Shown: piece after piece, positions 26,253 to 35,133 of the stretch
Layout: the number at the start of each line of letters is the position of its first letter
Numbering within the stretch: the stretch's first letter is position 1
Assembly: GCA_049322255.1 (NCBI GenBank)
Contig: JBMORE010000013.1
Span: forward strand, 1-36,513
Reading direction: 5' to 3'
DNA length: 36,513 nt
Source of the DNA: Myxococcota bacterium
GTDB taxonomy: Bacteria; Myxococcota; Myxococcia; Myxococcales; Myxococcaceae
Translations under genes and position numbers: made by a program
The notes under the pieces: generated by a model
Database searches by the model: none
Told to the model about the DNA's origin: nothing
Seen by the model: the letters and a program-made list of their open reading frames with translations, nothing else

Positions 26253-28042
26253 GCTTCGGTTTTCCCTGGGGGCTGCTCGCATTGGGGGCGCTGCTCCCGC
26301 TGGCTGCGGCCTATTTTCTTCGCCGCCGCCAAAAACCGCGCACGGTGAGCGCGCTCTTCCTTTGGCGCACCCCCCATCAGCGCGCCCAGGCCGGCCCGCG
26401 GCTGGAACGCTTCACCCGCGAGCTTTCCTTCCTTCTCGAGGCGTTGGCCATCATCGCCGGAGCGCTCTTCCTCGCCGACGTCCGTTGGGGTGGAGACCTC
26501 GAGCAGCGGCATCTGGTGGTGGTGGTCGACGGAAGTCTCTCGCTCGCCGCCCATCCTCCTGCGGGAAAGCCCGTTGTCGAGCGGGTGCGGGAGGCGGTCG
26601 CGGCGGCCATCGCGCGCGAGGGAGCGAGCCTGGTCACCGTGGTGGAGAGCGGGCCCTATCCCAAAGTGCTCGCCGGACCGCAGGCGCGCGCCTCGGAGGC
26701 GCTCGCGGGCTTGGAGAACTGGCGCCCGCTGGGCCCTTCGCACGATGTGATGCCTGCGGTGCTCTTGGGGCGGGAGCTCGCCGGACCGGGAAAGCGGTTG
26801 TGGCTTTTCACCGACGGGCCGCTTCCGGAAGGAACGCCGCTGCCTGCGGAAGTGCAGCTCGTCGGCGTCGGCGAGGCGGTGGACAACGTGGCGCTGGTGT
26901 CGGCGCAGCGCAAAGACGAGGGCGCGCGGGTGGTGGTGACGGTGCGGGTGGCAAGCTATGCCGCCACACCGCGCAAGTTGCCGGTTCGCTTTTCCGGGGA
27001 GAACGCCGAGCGGGAAGAGTGGGTGGAGCTGCCCGCGGGTGGCAACGCGGTGGTGCGCGCCTCGTTGGCCAGCGCAGGACCCATCGAGGTGCGCCTGCCC
27101 GACGACGCCCTGGTGGAGGACGGCCGGGTGACGCTCCTGATGTCTTCGCTGGCGGTGGTGCCAGTGCGGCTGATGGAGGGGCTCTCTTCGGCGGAGCGTT
27201 CGGCGCTGCAGCGGTTTTTCGACGTGGCGGAGGGCGTCGCTTCGGCGAAGCCGGAGGAGAAGCAGGCGGGGACGCTTTCCTTCGGGCCGCGCGGCGTTGG
27301 CGCCTCGGTGCAGCTGGGTGCGCGTGGCGCCCTCGAGTCCTACGTTGGCCCCTTCTTCACGCAAAAAGGCCATCCGCTGCTCGACGATGTCTCTTTCGGG
27401 GGAGTGGTGTGGACGGCGGGAGAGAGTCCCTCCGGGCTGCCGCTGGTGACGGCCGGTGAGGCGGTGCTTCTCTCCGAGGAGACGGACGGCACGGTGCACC
27501 TGAACCTCGAGCTGTCGCGCTCCAACGTGCAGCGCACCGCGGCCTGGCCGGTGCTCTTGAGCAACCTCATGCGCCGCGCTCGCTTGTCGGTGCCCGGGCT
27601 GCCCAAGCGAAACTTTCTCCTCGGCGAGGAGGTGCCGGTGGTGACCGAGCCGGGTGTGCGCTACCTGCTCGACGGTCCGGGGGGAGAGCGGCCGGTGCTC
27701 GGGGTGGGCGCGGTGCGGCTTCCTCCCTTGTCGCCCCCAGGACGGTACCGGCTGTTGCGCGAAGGGAAGGAGGTCGACGCGCTGGAGGTGCTCACCCTCG
27801 ATGCCCGCGAGTCGGATTTGCGAGGCCGCGGGAAGGTGGAGCGCGCCGCGAGCATCAAGGGGGAATTGACCACCCGGGCGCTGGCCAGGCAGCGGTCACT
27901 GTGGCCACTGCTGCTCCTGCTTGCCTTGCTGATTGTTGACTTCGTCCTCCCTCTCCCTTTGGGAGAGGGCCGGGGTGAGGGGTCCCGAGCTCGCCGAGCT
28001 GCCGCCCCTCACCCTTACCCTCTCCCAGGGGGAGAGAGATGA
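26249..28042 (+). CDS. BatA-like N-terminal domain plus vWA protein
   Basis: FGFPWGLLAL..P...YFLRRRQKPRTVSALFLW (BatA N-terminus), VVVDGSLS MIDAS-like, LFTDG; C-terminal TM; GTGA overlap. Confidence 0.85.
   Translation: MSFGFPWGLLALGALLPLAAAYFLRRRQKPRTVSALFLWRTPHQRAQAGPRLERFTRELSFLLEALAIIAGALFLADVRWGGDLEQRHLVVVVDGSLSLAAHPPAGKPVVERVREAVAAAIAREGASLVTVVESGPYPKVLAGPQARASEALAGLENWRPLGPSHDVMPAVLLGRELAGPGKRLWLFTDGPLPEGTPLPAEVQLVGVGEAVDNVALVSAQRKDEGARVVVTVRVASYAATPRKLPVRFSGENAEREEWVELPAGGNAVVRASLASAGPIEVRLPDDALVEDGRVTLLMSSLAVVPVRLMEGLSSAERSALQRFFDVAEGVASAKPEEKQAGTLSFGPRGVGASVQLGARGALESYVGPFFTQKGHPLLDDVSFGGVVWTAGESPSGLPLVTAGEAVLLSEETDGTVHLNLELSRSNVQRTAAWPVLLSNLMRRARLSVPGLPKRNFLLGEEVPVVTEPGVRYLLDGPGGERPVLGVGAVRLPPLSPPGRYRLLREGKEVDALEVLTLDARESDLRGRGKVERAASIKGELTTRALARQRSLWPLLLLLALLIVDFVLPLPLGEGRGEGSRARRAAAPHPYPLPGGER
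27947..28038. repeat. Inverted doublet of BoxC-like repeats at the BatA-vWA 3' end (site d)
   Basis: Arms 27947-27982 and 28005-28038, 22-nt spacer. Confidence 0.92.
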
Positions 28043-30723
28043 CGCTGGTCCTGCCGCAAGCGCTGCTCCTCCTCGTGCCGCTGTGGCTGTGGGTGTGGAA
28101 GCGCGGGCGGGTGAACGGCCCGGCGTTCGTCTTGCGCTTCGCCACCGTCGGTGTGCTGGTGCTCGCGTTGGCGCAGCCGCACCTCTCTTGGCGCAGCGCG
28201 GGAAGCGACTTGATGGTGGTGGTCGACCGCTCGCGCTCGATGCCGCCCGGCTCGGAAGGGAAGGCCGAAGAGCTCATTCGGCTTCTCGAAGCGCAGCGAC
28301 GCCCGGGAGACAGGTTGGGGGTGGTGGCCTTCGGCCGCGAGGCACGGGTGGAGGCGGCGCTCTCGGAGCAGACCTCCTTCGGTGGCTTTTCCCGTGCGGT
28401 GGATGCCGAAGCCTCCGACCTCGCCTCGGCGCTCGACGCTGCGGGAGAGCTGGTTCCGTCGACGCGGGCGGCGCGGGTGCTGGTCATTTCCGACGGTCGT
28501 GCCACCGGGCTCGATGTGCGCGGAGCGGCCAGACGGCTGGCGGCGCGGGGCATCGCCGTCGACTACCGCTGGCTCGGGCGGGAAGAGAGCAGGCTCGACT
28601 TGGCGGTGGTCGCCCTCGACGGGCCCTCCGCCGTTTCGGTGAAGGAGCCCTTTCTGCTTTCCGCCACTGTCCACGCCAGCGCGGCGGCGAAGGGAACGGT
28701 GTTGCTCGAGCGCAATGGCCAACCACTGGTGAAGGGCCCGTACGACTTCCGTGCAGGACAGAACGTGCTCACCTTCCGTGACTGGGTGGAAGAGGAGGGG
28801 CTGGTCAGCTACCGCCTCACGGTGGAGGCCGCGGGCGACACGGTGGTGGAGAACGATGTCGGCCGCGCGGTGTTGCGCGTCGAAGGTCCGCCGCGGGTGC
28901 TCTTGCTCACCCACGCGCCGGAGGGCACGTTGGCGAAGACGCTCGCCGAAAGCGGCCTGCGCGTGGAGGTGCGAGCGCCCTTCCCCCTGACGATGGACGC
29001 TCTCGACGGAGTGGGGACGGTGGTGTTGGAGAACGTCGAGGCCGGCAGCCTGTCTGAGGCCGGGCTGCACGTGCTCGCGCAGTATGTGAAGGAGGCAGGG
29101 GGCGGCCTGGTGATGACCGGCGGGAAAATGAGCTTCGGCGAGGGCGGCTTTCGCAAGTCACCGGTGGAGGAGCTGCTCCCCGTTTCGCTGGAGGTGCGCG
29201 AGGAGCAGCGGCGCGCGGCGGTGGCGATGGCGATCATCATGGACTGCTCGTGCTCGATGGGCGCCACGGTGTCCGACGGCCGCACGAAGATGGAGCTCGC
29301 CGCCGAAGGCGTCGTCGGCGCGCTGGAGCTGCTCAATGACCACGACGAGGCCTCGGTGCACATGGTGGACACCCAGGCGCACGAAATCTTCGGCCTTGCT
29401 CCGGTGAGCGAGGGGCTGCCTTTGGGGAAGGTGGCGCGCGGCTTCTCCGGCGGCGGAGGCATTTACGTGGGGGTGGGGCTCGCCGCTGGCCGCGACGAGA
29501 TTCTCCAGAGCCGGAAGCCCACCCGCCATCTCTTGCTCTTCTCCGACGCCGCCGACTCCGAGGAGCCCGGCGACTACCTGCGCACCCTCTCCGAGCTGCA
29601 AAGGGAGAAAGTCACCGTGTCGGTCATCGGGTTGGGGCGGCGAACCGACCCGGACGGGGCGCTCTTGGAAGAAATTGCTCTCCGCGGCGGTGGGCGGGTG
29701 TACTTCGCCGAGGACGCCACCAGCCTGCCGCGCATCTTCAGCCAGGAGACCATCGCGGTGGCCCGGGCGACCTTCGTGGACACGCAGACGGCGGCGAAGC
29801 TGGGCCCCGACCTGGCGCTTTTGGGGCAGTCCTTCGGCACCCGTTTCTCCTCGGTGGGTGGCTACAACCTCTCCTATTTGCGCCCGCGGGCATCGGTCGG
29901 TCTTCGCACCAGCGACGAGAACGAGGCGCCGCTGCTCGCGCTGTGGCCCAAGGGCGCGGGCAAAGTCGTGGCATACACCGGTGAGGTGGACGGCGAATTC
30001 ACAGGGCCGATGCGCCACTTCGGTGGCTACCGCGCGCTGCTCGAACAGATGGTGCGCTGGACGATGCCGCCTCACGCCGACTCGATCGATGTGGTGCCTC
30101 GGGCAATCCGGTGGGGGAACGACCTGCACGTCACCCTCGACTTCGACCCCAAGAGCGCTCCGCCGGAGGGCGCAGCGACGCTGGTTCTCCTCACCGCTGA
30201 TGCGCGTACCGCCCCGGTGGAGCTGCCGCTGCGCTGGGAGGACGAAGACCGAATGGGCGTGCACTACTCGCTGCCCGGCAGCGGAACGTTTCACCCGGTG
30301 GTGAAGCTCGAAGGGCGGGTCTTGCGCGCTCCGCCGGTGACGCTGCCCTACGCTCCGGAGTTCGAGCCGAGCAGCGTGGCGGATGGAAGACAGCTGCTCG
30401 CCGCGATTGCAAAGGCGAGCGGCGGGGTGGAGCGGCTGGCGATGACCCACCTCTTCGCCGACGCCGTAGAGTCGGTGGCCTTCATACCCCTGGCGCCGCT
30501 CCTGGTGGCCGGCGCGCTGGCGCTGCTCCTTGCCGAAGTCATCACCCGACGCTTTTTCCAAAGCACCCCTCTCCCCTTGGGAGAGGGCAAGGGTGAGGGG
30601 CGCGTTCATCAAATGGGAGCTGACACCCCTCACCCCGCCCCTCTCCCAGAGGGAGAGGAAGTCGAGCCACGTTCGCCGTTTGAAGTCGCCCGCGAGCGCG
30701 CCAAGCAGCGCCTGCGCCGCTAA
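28039..30723 (+). CDS. Double-vWA membrane protein with a glutamine-amidotransferase-like region
   Basis: VVVDRSRSM...ISDG and IMDCSCSM...FSDA; YVKEAGGGLVMTGGKMSFGEGG..SPVEELLPV; N- and C-terminal TMs. Confidence 0.88.
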   Translation: MTLVLPQALLLLVPLWLWVWKRGRVNGPAFVLRFATVGVLVLALAQPHLSWRSAGSDLMVVVDRSRSMPPGSEGKAEELIRLLEAQRRPGDRLGVVAFGREARVEAALSEQTSFGGFSRAVDAEASDLASALDAAGELVPSTRAARVLVISDGRATGLDVRGAARRLAARGIAVDYRWLGREESRLDLAVVALDGPSAVSVKEPFLLSATVHASAAAKGTVLLERNGQPLVKGPYDFRAGQNVLTFRDWVEEEGLVSYRLTVEAAGDTVVENDVGRAVLRVEGPPRVLLLTHAPEGTLAKTLAESGLRVEVRAPFPLTMDALDGVGTVVLENVEAGSLSEAGLHVLAQYVKEAGGGLVMTGGKMSFGEGGFRKSPVEELLPVSLEVREEQRRAAVAMAIIMDCSCSMGATVSDGRTKMELAAEGVVGALELLNDHDEASVHMVDTQAHEIFGLAPVSEGLPLGKVARGFSGGGGIYVGVGLAAGRDEILQSRKPTRHLLLFSDAADSEEPGDYLRTLSELQREKVTVSVIGLGRRTDPDGALLEEIALRGGGRVYFAEDATSLPRIFSQETIAVARATFVDTQTAAKLGPDLALLGQSFGTRFSSVGGYNLSYLRPRASVGLRTSDENEAPLLALWPKGAGKVVAYTGEVDGEFTGPMRHFGGYRALLEQMVRWTMPPHADSIDVVPRAIRWGNDLHVTLDFDPKSAPPEGAATLVLLTADARTAPVELPLRWEDEDRMGVHYSLPGSGTFHPVVKLEGRVLRAPPVTLPYAPEFEPSSVADGRQLLAAIAKASGGVERLAMTHLFADAVESVAFIPLAPLLVAGALALLLAEVITRRFFQSTPLPLGEGKGEGRVHQMGADTPHPAPLPEGEEVEPRSPFEVARERAKQRLRR
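30567..30658. repeat. Inverted doublet of BoxC-like repeats, in frame in the vWA protein tail (site e)
   Basis: Arms 30567-30600 and 30626-30658, 25-nt spacer. Confidence 0.92.
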
Positions 30724-30779
30724 CCCCACCAACGCCCAGCGACATGCGGCCGTCCATACCCTAGGGTGCGCGCCCAAGC

Positions 30780-31862
30780 GTGGAGATTTCCGCCCTCAAA
30801 CCCGTCGAGCACGTGGCCAAGCTCTTGCTGGCGCTTTTCGCCGCCGTTCTCTTGTGGCGGCCGTGGAGGCGTCATCGCGCGCAGCGCCTGGTCGAGCGGC
30901 CGAAGAAGATTCTTCTGGTGCGCATCGACGACCGCGTGGGCGAGGCGCTGCTCACCACGCCGTTGTTCGAGTCGCTCCGCGCTCGCAGCTTCTCGCCCAC
31001 GGTGCATGTGCTCGTCCACTCCAGGGTGACGCGGGTGCTCCAGGGGCACCCGATGGTGGACCAGATGATTCCACTCGACCGGCGAGCGCTGGCGCTGGGG
31101 GCATGGGCGCCGGGCATCGCCGCGCTCCGCCGCGAGGGCTACGAGGTGGTGGTGAATTGCGCCAGCTGGTCGGAGCCGTCGGTGACCAGCGCGTTGGTGG
31201 CCAGGCTCGCCGGCCCTCGCGCGGCGGTGGTGGGGCCGAACGTGTGGCCGGTGCGCCACCTCCACGACGTCAACGTTTCTGCCCGGAAGGACACCGAGTC
31301 CGAAGTGAAGCAGCGGGTGCACCTGCTCTCGGCCCTCTCGGAACATCGCGCGGTCGAACGCCTCTCCTTCCGTCAGCCCCAGCCAGGCTCCGAGGTGCGG
31401 GCGCTGTTGGCGCAGTTGGCTGCCGCACCCTTTGCGGTGGTGAACCCCGGAGGACGGCTCGGCTGGCGGCGCGTTCCTCCGGCGGTCTTCTCCGCAGCCG
31501 CCCGGGTGCTCGCCGAGCAGAAGGTCAAACCGCTGGTCACCTGGGGCCCGAACGAAAGAGAGCTCGCCGAAGAGGTGGTGCGTCACGCCCCGGGCGCGCA
31601 GTTGGCGCCGGCGACCGACCTGGACGAGCTTGCCGCCCTGTTCGCCGCCTCCCGTCTGGTGGTGTGCAACAACACCGGGCCGATGCACTTGGCGGTGGCG
31701 GTGGGCGCTCCGACGGTGGCGCTCTTCTGGCGCATGCCGCCCTCGCGCTGGGGCCACTTCTTGCCGCCGCACGCGATGGTCGATCTCACCAGCGCCGCCG
31801 ACCCAGCCTCCCAAGTGGCGGGAGTGGTCCGAAAACAGTTGGAGGCGATTGTTGCCGTCTGA
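30780..31862 (+). CDS. Glycosyltransferase family 9 (heptosyltransferase-like)
   Basis: KILLVRIDDRVGEALLTTP, VNPGG, TDLDELAAL, CNNTGPMHLAVAVGAPTVALF. Confidence 0.9.
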   Translation: MEISALKPVEHVAKLLLALFAAVLLWRPWRRHRAQRLVERPKKILLVRIDDRVGEALLTTPLFESLRARSFSPTVHVLVHSRVTRVLQGHPMVDQMIPLDRRALALGAWAPGIAALRREGYEVVVNCASWSEPSVTSALVARLAGPRAAVVGPNVWPVRHLHDVNVSARKDTESEVKQRVHLLSALSEHRAVERLSFRQPQPGSEVRALLAQLAAAPFAVVNPGGRLGWRRVPPAVFSAAARVLAEQKVKPLVTWGPNERELAEEVVRHAPGAQLAPATDLDELAALFAASRLVVCNNTGPMHLAVAVGAPTVALFWRMPPSRWGHFLPPHAMVDLTSAADPASQVAGVVRKQLEAIVAV

Positions 31863-31910
31863 CAACTCTGCGAATCCGACGGTTCGAACCAAGATGGCTG
31901 CTCGCATACC

Positions 31911-32234
31911 GTGCCCGGGGTGCAGGTCGCTGGTCATGGTCGCCGTTGGCTGACGTGGGTGTTTGGAGCCGCGCTCCTCGCCGCGGTGATCGCGGTCGCG
32001 CTGGTGGTCCGCACCCGTCGCCCCTTCTACCGGAGCACGCCTGGCCGGGTGCTCTTGGTCACTACCTTGGTGCTCGTTCCGGTGACGTTCGCCATTCCTT
32101 TCTTGCCGCACGCGGGCGTTCTCGGTTTCGTTCCGCTGCCGACGAGCTTGCTGGGGGCCCTCGCCGGGGTGACCGGGCTGTACGTTCTATCGACCGAGCT
32201 GTTGAAGAAGTGGTTCTATCGGCGAGTGGTGTGA
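31911..32234 (+). pseudogene. C-terminal remnant of an Mg2+-transporting P-type ATPase (MgtA-like)
   Basis: LVVRTRRPFYRSTPG...IPF...LGFVPLP...LYVLSTELLKKWFYRR matches the recalled MgtA last TM helices; no DKTGT or other catalytic domain. Confidence 0.7.
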
Positions 32235-32319
32235 CGCCCGCCGCCGCCGTCGGTTTGCCTGCGCGCCGCGAAGTGCAGTAGACCGTGCCCTTCCCGAAGG
32301 GGCCGGAGCGGACGTTCGC

Positions 32320-34203
32320 ATGCAAACCCGAAGGTTGTTTTCGCTCGTGGTCGGCCTCGGGCTGGCCAGCGGCTGCGGTCAGTCGCCTAAGACGTTCGAA
32401 GCCGGTGGAATGGCGCCCCAAATCTCGGTGGTGGGCGTGGGTGGAGGTGGCGGTGGCGGCGGGGGTGCCAACGTCCCGGTGATCGACCTTCGCGTCGACG
32501 TGAACCGCAACGGGACGGTGGACCTCGACGACCCCACCGAAGACGCTGACGAGACGGTTTGGTCGGCGACCCACGGAGCCATCTTTCTCGCCAACCTCGA
32601 CGACGATCAGGATCGCTGCCCCACGGCCACGACCAGTGGCCAGGCGCTCACCGACGCTCAGTACGCCGGTTGCCACGACGCTTCCGATTCGGTGGTCAAC
32701 GGGCCCGACGACTTGCTCGACCTCGCCCGGATGTGGGTCAAGCCTTGGCCGTTGGCTCCGGATTCGGCGGTGGGCTCGCTCGAGCTGTCCTCCCCGGCGG
32801 ACCAGCACGTAAGGCTCTTCAAGAGCTCTGGGGGCCAGTTCACCCTCTTCAACCCGCTCACCGACAACTTCACCGCCGCCGAGCTGCGCGCGGGCGTCGA
32901 GCTGGCCATCGAGGGCAAAGACATCGTTCGCGACCCGGCGGTTTGGAACGGTTACCTCGACGTGACGCTCATCGTGCAGGCCCCGGGGAACCCTCCGGTG
33001 GCAGGAACGGACAGCGTGCGCCTGCGGGTTGCTCCGGTCATCACGTTCCACCACAACCTCTCCGCTGAACAGGTGTTCGTCAGCCGCCTCCCCGGCGACC
33101 CCGACTCCACCCGCTTCACCCAGGCGCTCTCCGACGCGCTCTCCCAGTCGATGGTGAGCCGGCCGCTGGTGCAATTCTCCGAAGACGACCCGTGGACCGA
33201 GGACTTCTTCGAGCCGGCCTACATGTCGATGCCGGCCGCCGGCGGCGCGCAGCACGTGGTGCGGGTCAACTTCCGCTCTGCCAACATCTACGGCAACCCC
33301 ACGGGCTCGCGGCCGCTGCGGCCGGCGGGCCGGGTCGTGTTCTTCATGCGCAGCAAGGACGTGGCGGCGATTCAGGAGTTCGACCCCGCATCTGACCCGA
33401 ACATGGACTCGCTCAACTCGATGGGGAACACCGAGACGGTGCCGCCCTACACGCTGGGCAGCGCCTCCTTCCCGCTGGGCCGAATCTTGCGTGGCAGCCA
33501 CCCGCAGTTCTACCCGGACCGGCGCTTCTCCAAGATGCTCGAGGCGCAGAGCGTGCAGCCGCCCATCTACATCGACACCTCCTGGCTCTTGGTGGGCCAC
33601 GTGGACGAGACGCTGAGCTTCCTTCCGTTCGACTCTCCCCGCGGGTGGATCGTTCTGGTCAACGACCCCCGGTTGGCGCGGCAGATGCTCGAAGCACAGC
33701 GCAGCGCGGGAAACGGCGATGTGCCGATGTTCGTGGGCAAGCGCTGGCTCGACGACTTCGGCCGGGAGCGCGACGCCCAGGTGACCGTCTCCGGCGTGCT
33801 CGACGACACCGGGGTGATGGCCGAGAGCGCGGCCTCCGCGGCCGAGGTCGACGCGCAGCTGGCCATTCTCCGCCAGGCCACTGGGCTCACCGACGCGGAA
33901 GTCGTCCCCATCCCCTTCCTGCACGAGCAGTACGCCGGCTACTCCCTGGCCTATCAGCCGGGCACGGTGAACGCGCTGGTGCTCAACGACAAGTTCCTGG
34001 TGATGCCCGACCCGTTCGGTCCGGTCATCAACGGGCAAGACATCTTCAAGGAGCAGATTCGCACCGCCTTGGCGCCCTACGGGTACACCGTCCACTTCGT
34101 CGACGACTGGAACCTGTACCACCGCAACATGGGCGAAGTGCACTGCGCCACGAACACCGCGCGGGCCATTCCCGCGGCGAAGTGGTGGGAGGGTGGCCGA
34201 TGA
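32320..34203 (+). CDS. Protein-arginine deiminase (PAD-family) lipoprotein
   Basis: Lipobox LASGC; GAIFLANLDDD, DSVRLRVAP, DPWTED, SMGNTETVPP, FPLGRILRG, WLLVGHVDE, GEVHCATN, collinear with vertebrate PAD motifs. Confidence 0.92.
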   Translation: MQTRRLFSLVVGLGLASGCGQSPKTFEAGGMAPQISVVGVGGGGGGGGGANVPVIDLRVDVNRNGTVDLDDPTEDADETVWSATHGAIFLANLDDDQDRCPTATTSGQALTDAQYAGCHDASDSVVNGPDDLLDLARMWVKPWPLAPDSAVGSLELSSPADQHVRLFKSSGGQFTLFNPLTDNFTAAELRAGVELAIEGKDIVRDPAVWNGYLDVTLIVQAPGNPPVAGTDSVRLRVAPVITFHHNLSAEQVFVSRLPGDPDSTRFTQALSDALSQSMVSRPLVQFSEDDPWTEDFFEPAYMSMPAAGGAQHVVRVNFRSANIYGNPTGSRPLRPAGRVVFFMRSKDVAAIQEFDPASDPNMDSLNSMGNTETVPPYTLGSASFPLGRILRGSHPQFYPDRRFSKMLEAQSVQPPIYIDTSWLLVGHVDETLSFLPFDSPRGWIVLVNDPRLARQMLEAQRSAGNGDVPMFVGKRWLDDFGRERDAQVTVSGVLDDTGVMAESAASAAEVDAQLAILRQATGLTDAEVVPIPFLHEQYAGYSLAYQPGTVNALVLNDKFLVMPDPFGPVINGQDIFKEQIRTALAPYGYTVHFVDDWNLYHRNMGEVHCATNTARAIPAAKWWEGGR

Positions 34204-35126
34204 GAACGCTGGCAATGACGATGGCGATGGCCGCGCTGCTTCACTCGGCGGCGGCATGGGCGGGAGAAGGGCTGGTGCTCTCGTCGAGCGCGCTTCCTCC
34301 CGAGGTTCGGCGCACGCTGGCGGCGGAGATTGCCGAGGCCAAAGCGGCTCAGCCCCAGGCCTTCGAGACGATGGCCGCGCTGTACGGGAAGATGAATGCG
34401 CTCGACCAGAAGAAGCGGGGCCGGCTCGCGGCGCTGTCTCCCTACCTGCGCGCGATGGGCCCCGAGGCGTTGTGGCCGGCGCTGGAGCTGCTCGCCTTCG
34501 AGGCGCCCCCGATGCCGCTGACTCCCAGCGCCGCCTTGTCCTTACGGCTGGGGCTCATCGAGGCGGTGGGTCGGTTGCGCGAGCCCAAGGCCGCCCCGGT
34601 ATGGGTCGCCCTCTTGAACAGCCAGCAACCAGAAAGCGCGGTCTACCGCTCGGCGGCGCAGGCCCTGGGGTTTTTGGGTACGGACGAAGCAGCGGCGCAG
34701 CTTTTGGCCTCGAGCCGTGAAGGGGGGCCGAGGGGAGCGGCGGTGCGTGCGGGAATGGGCTCCTGCCGCCGGCTGGTGGTGGCGCAGGCGCTGGCGGGGG
34801 CGCTGGCGCGGACGGGAGACGAGGCCGAGGCGGCGGCGCTGGCCAAGGCTTTGGGCGAGGTGGCCAACGCGTGGGCGTGGAAGACCCCGGCGGTGGCCGC
34901 CAAGGACGAGGAACCCCAGGTGCGCGCGACCGCGGCCAAGGCGTTGGTGAAGGCCTACCTGCGTTTCCCGGGCTTCGCGCGACAGGCGGCCTCCAACGCC
35001 CTGATGGTGGTCGATGCGCCCATCACCGGTGCGCTCATCGACCAGGCGCGCTCCGGCGCGTCGGAAGAGGAGCTGGCGTCACTCCAGGCGCTCGCGGCTC
35101 GGTGGGAGAAGAACCCCACGCGATAG
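34200..35126 (+). CDS. Secreted alpha-helical (HEAT-repeat-like) protein
   Basis: Signal peptide MRTLAM...SAAAWA; helical repeats (LIEAVGRL, AAQALGFL, AKALGEV, AAKALV); ATGA overlap with the PAD stop. Confidence 0.75.
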   Translation: MRTLAMTMAMAALLHSAAAWAGEGLVLSSSALPPEVRRTLAAEIAEAKAAQPQAFETMAALYGKMNALDQKKRGRLAALSPYLRAMGPEALWPALELLAFEAPPMPLTPSAALSLRLGLIEAVGRLREPKAAPVWVALLNSQQPESAVYRSAAQALGFLGTDEAAAQLLASSREGGPRGAAVRAGMGSCRRLVVAQALAGALARTGDEAEAAALAKALGEVANAWAWKTPAVAAKDEEPQVRATAAKALVKAYLRFPGFARQAASNALMVVDAPITGALIDQARSGASEEELASLQALAARWEKNPTR

Positions 35127-35133
35127 GCGACAC

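Noticed and set aside
20968..30658. Repeats as a CRISPR array or intrinsic terminators
   Set aside because: Copies are kilobases apart, in both orientations and inside CDSs. There are no regular spacers, no cas genes and no U-tracts after the hairpins.
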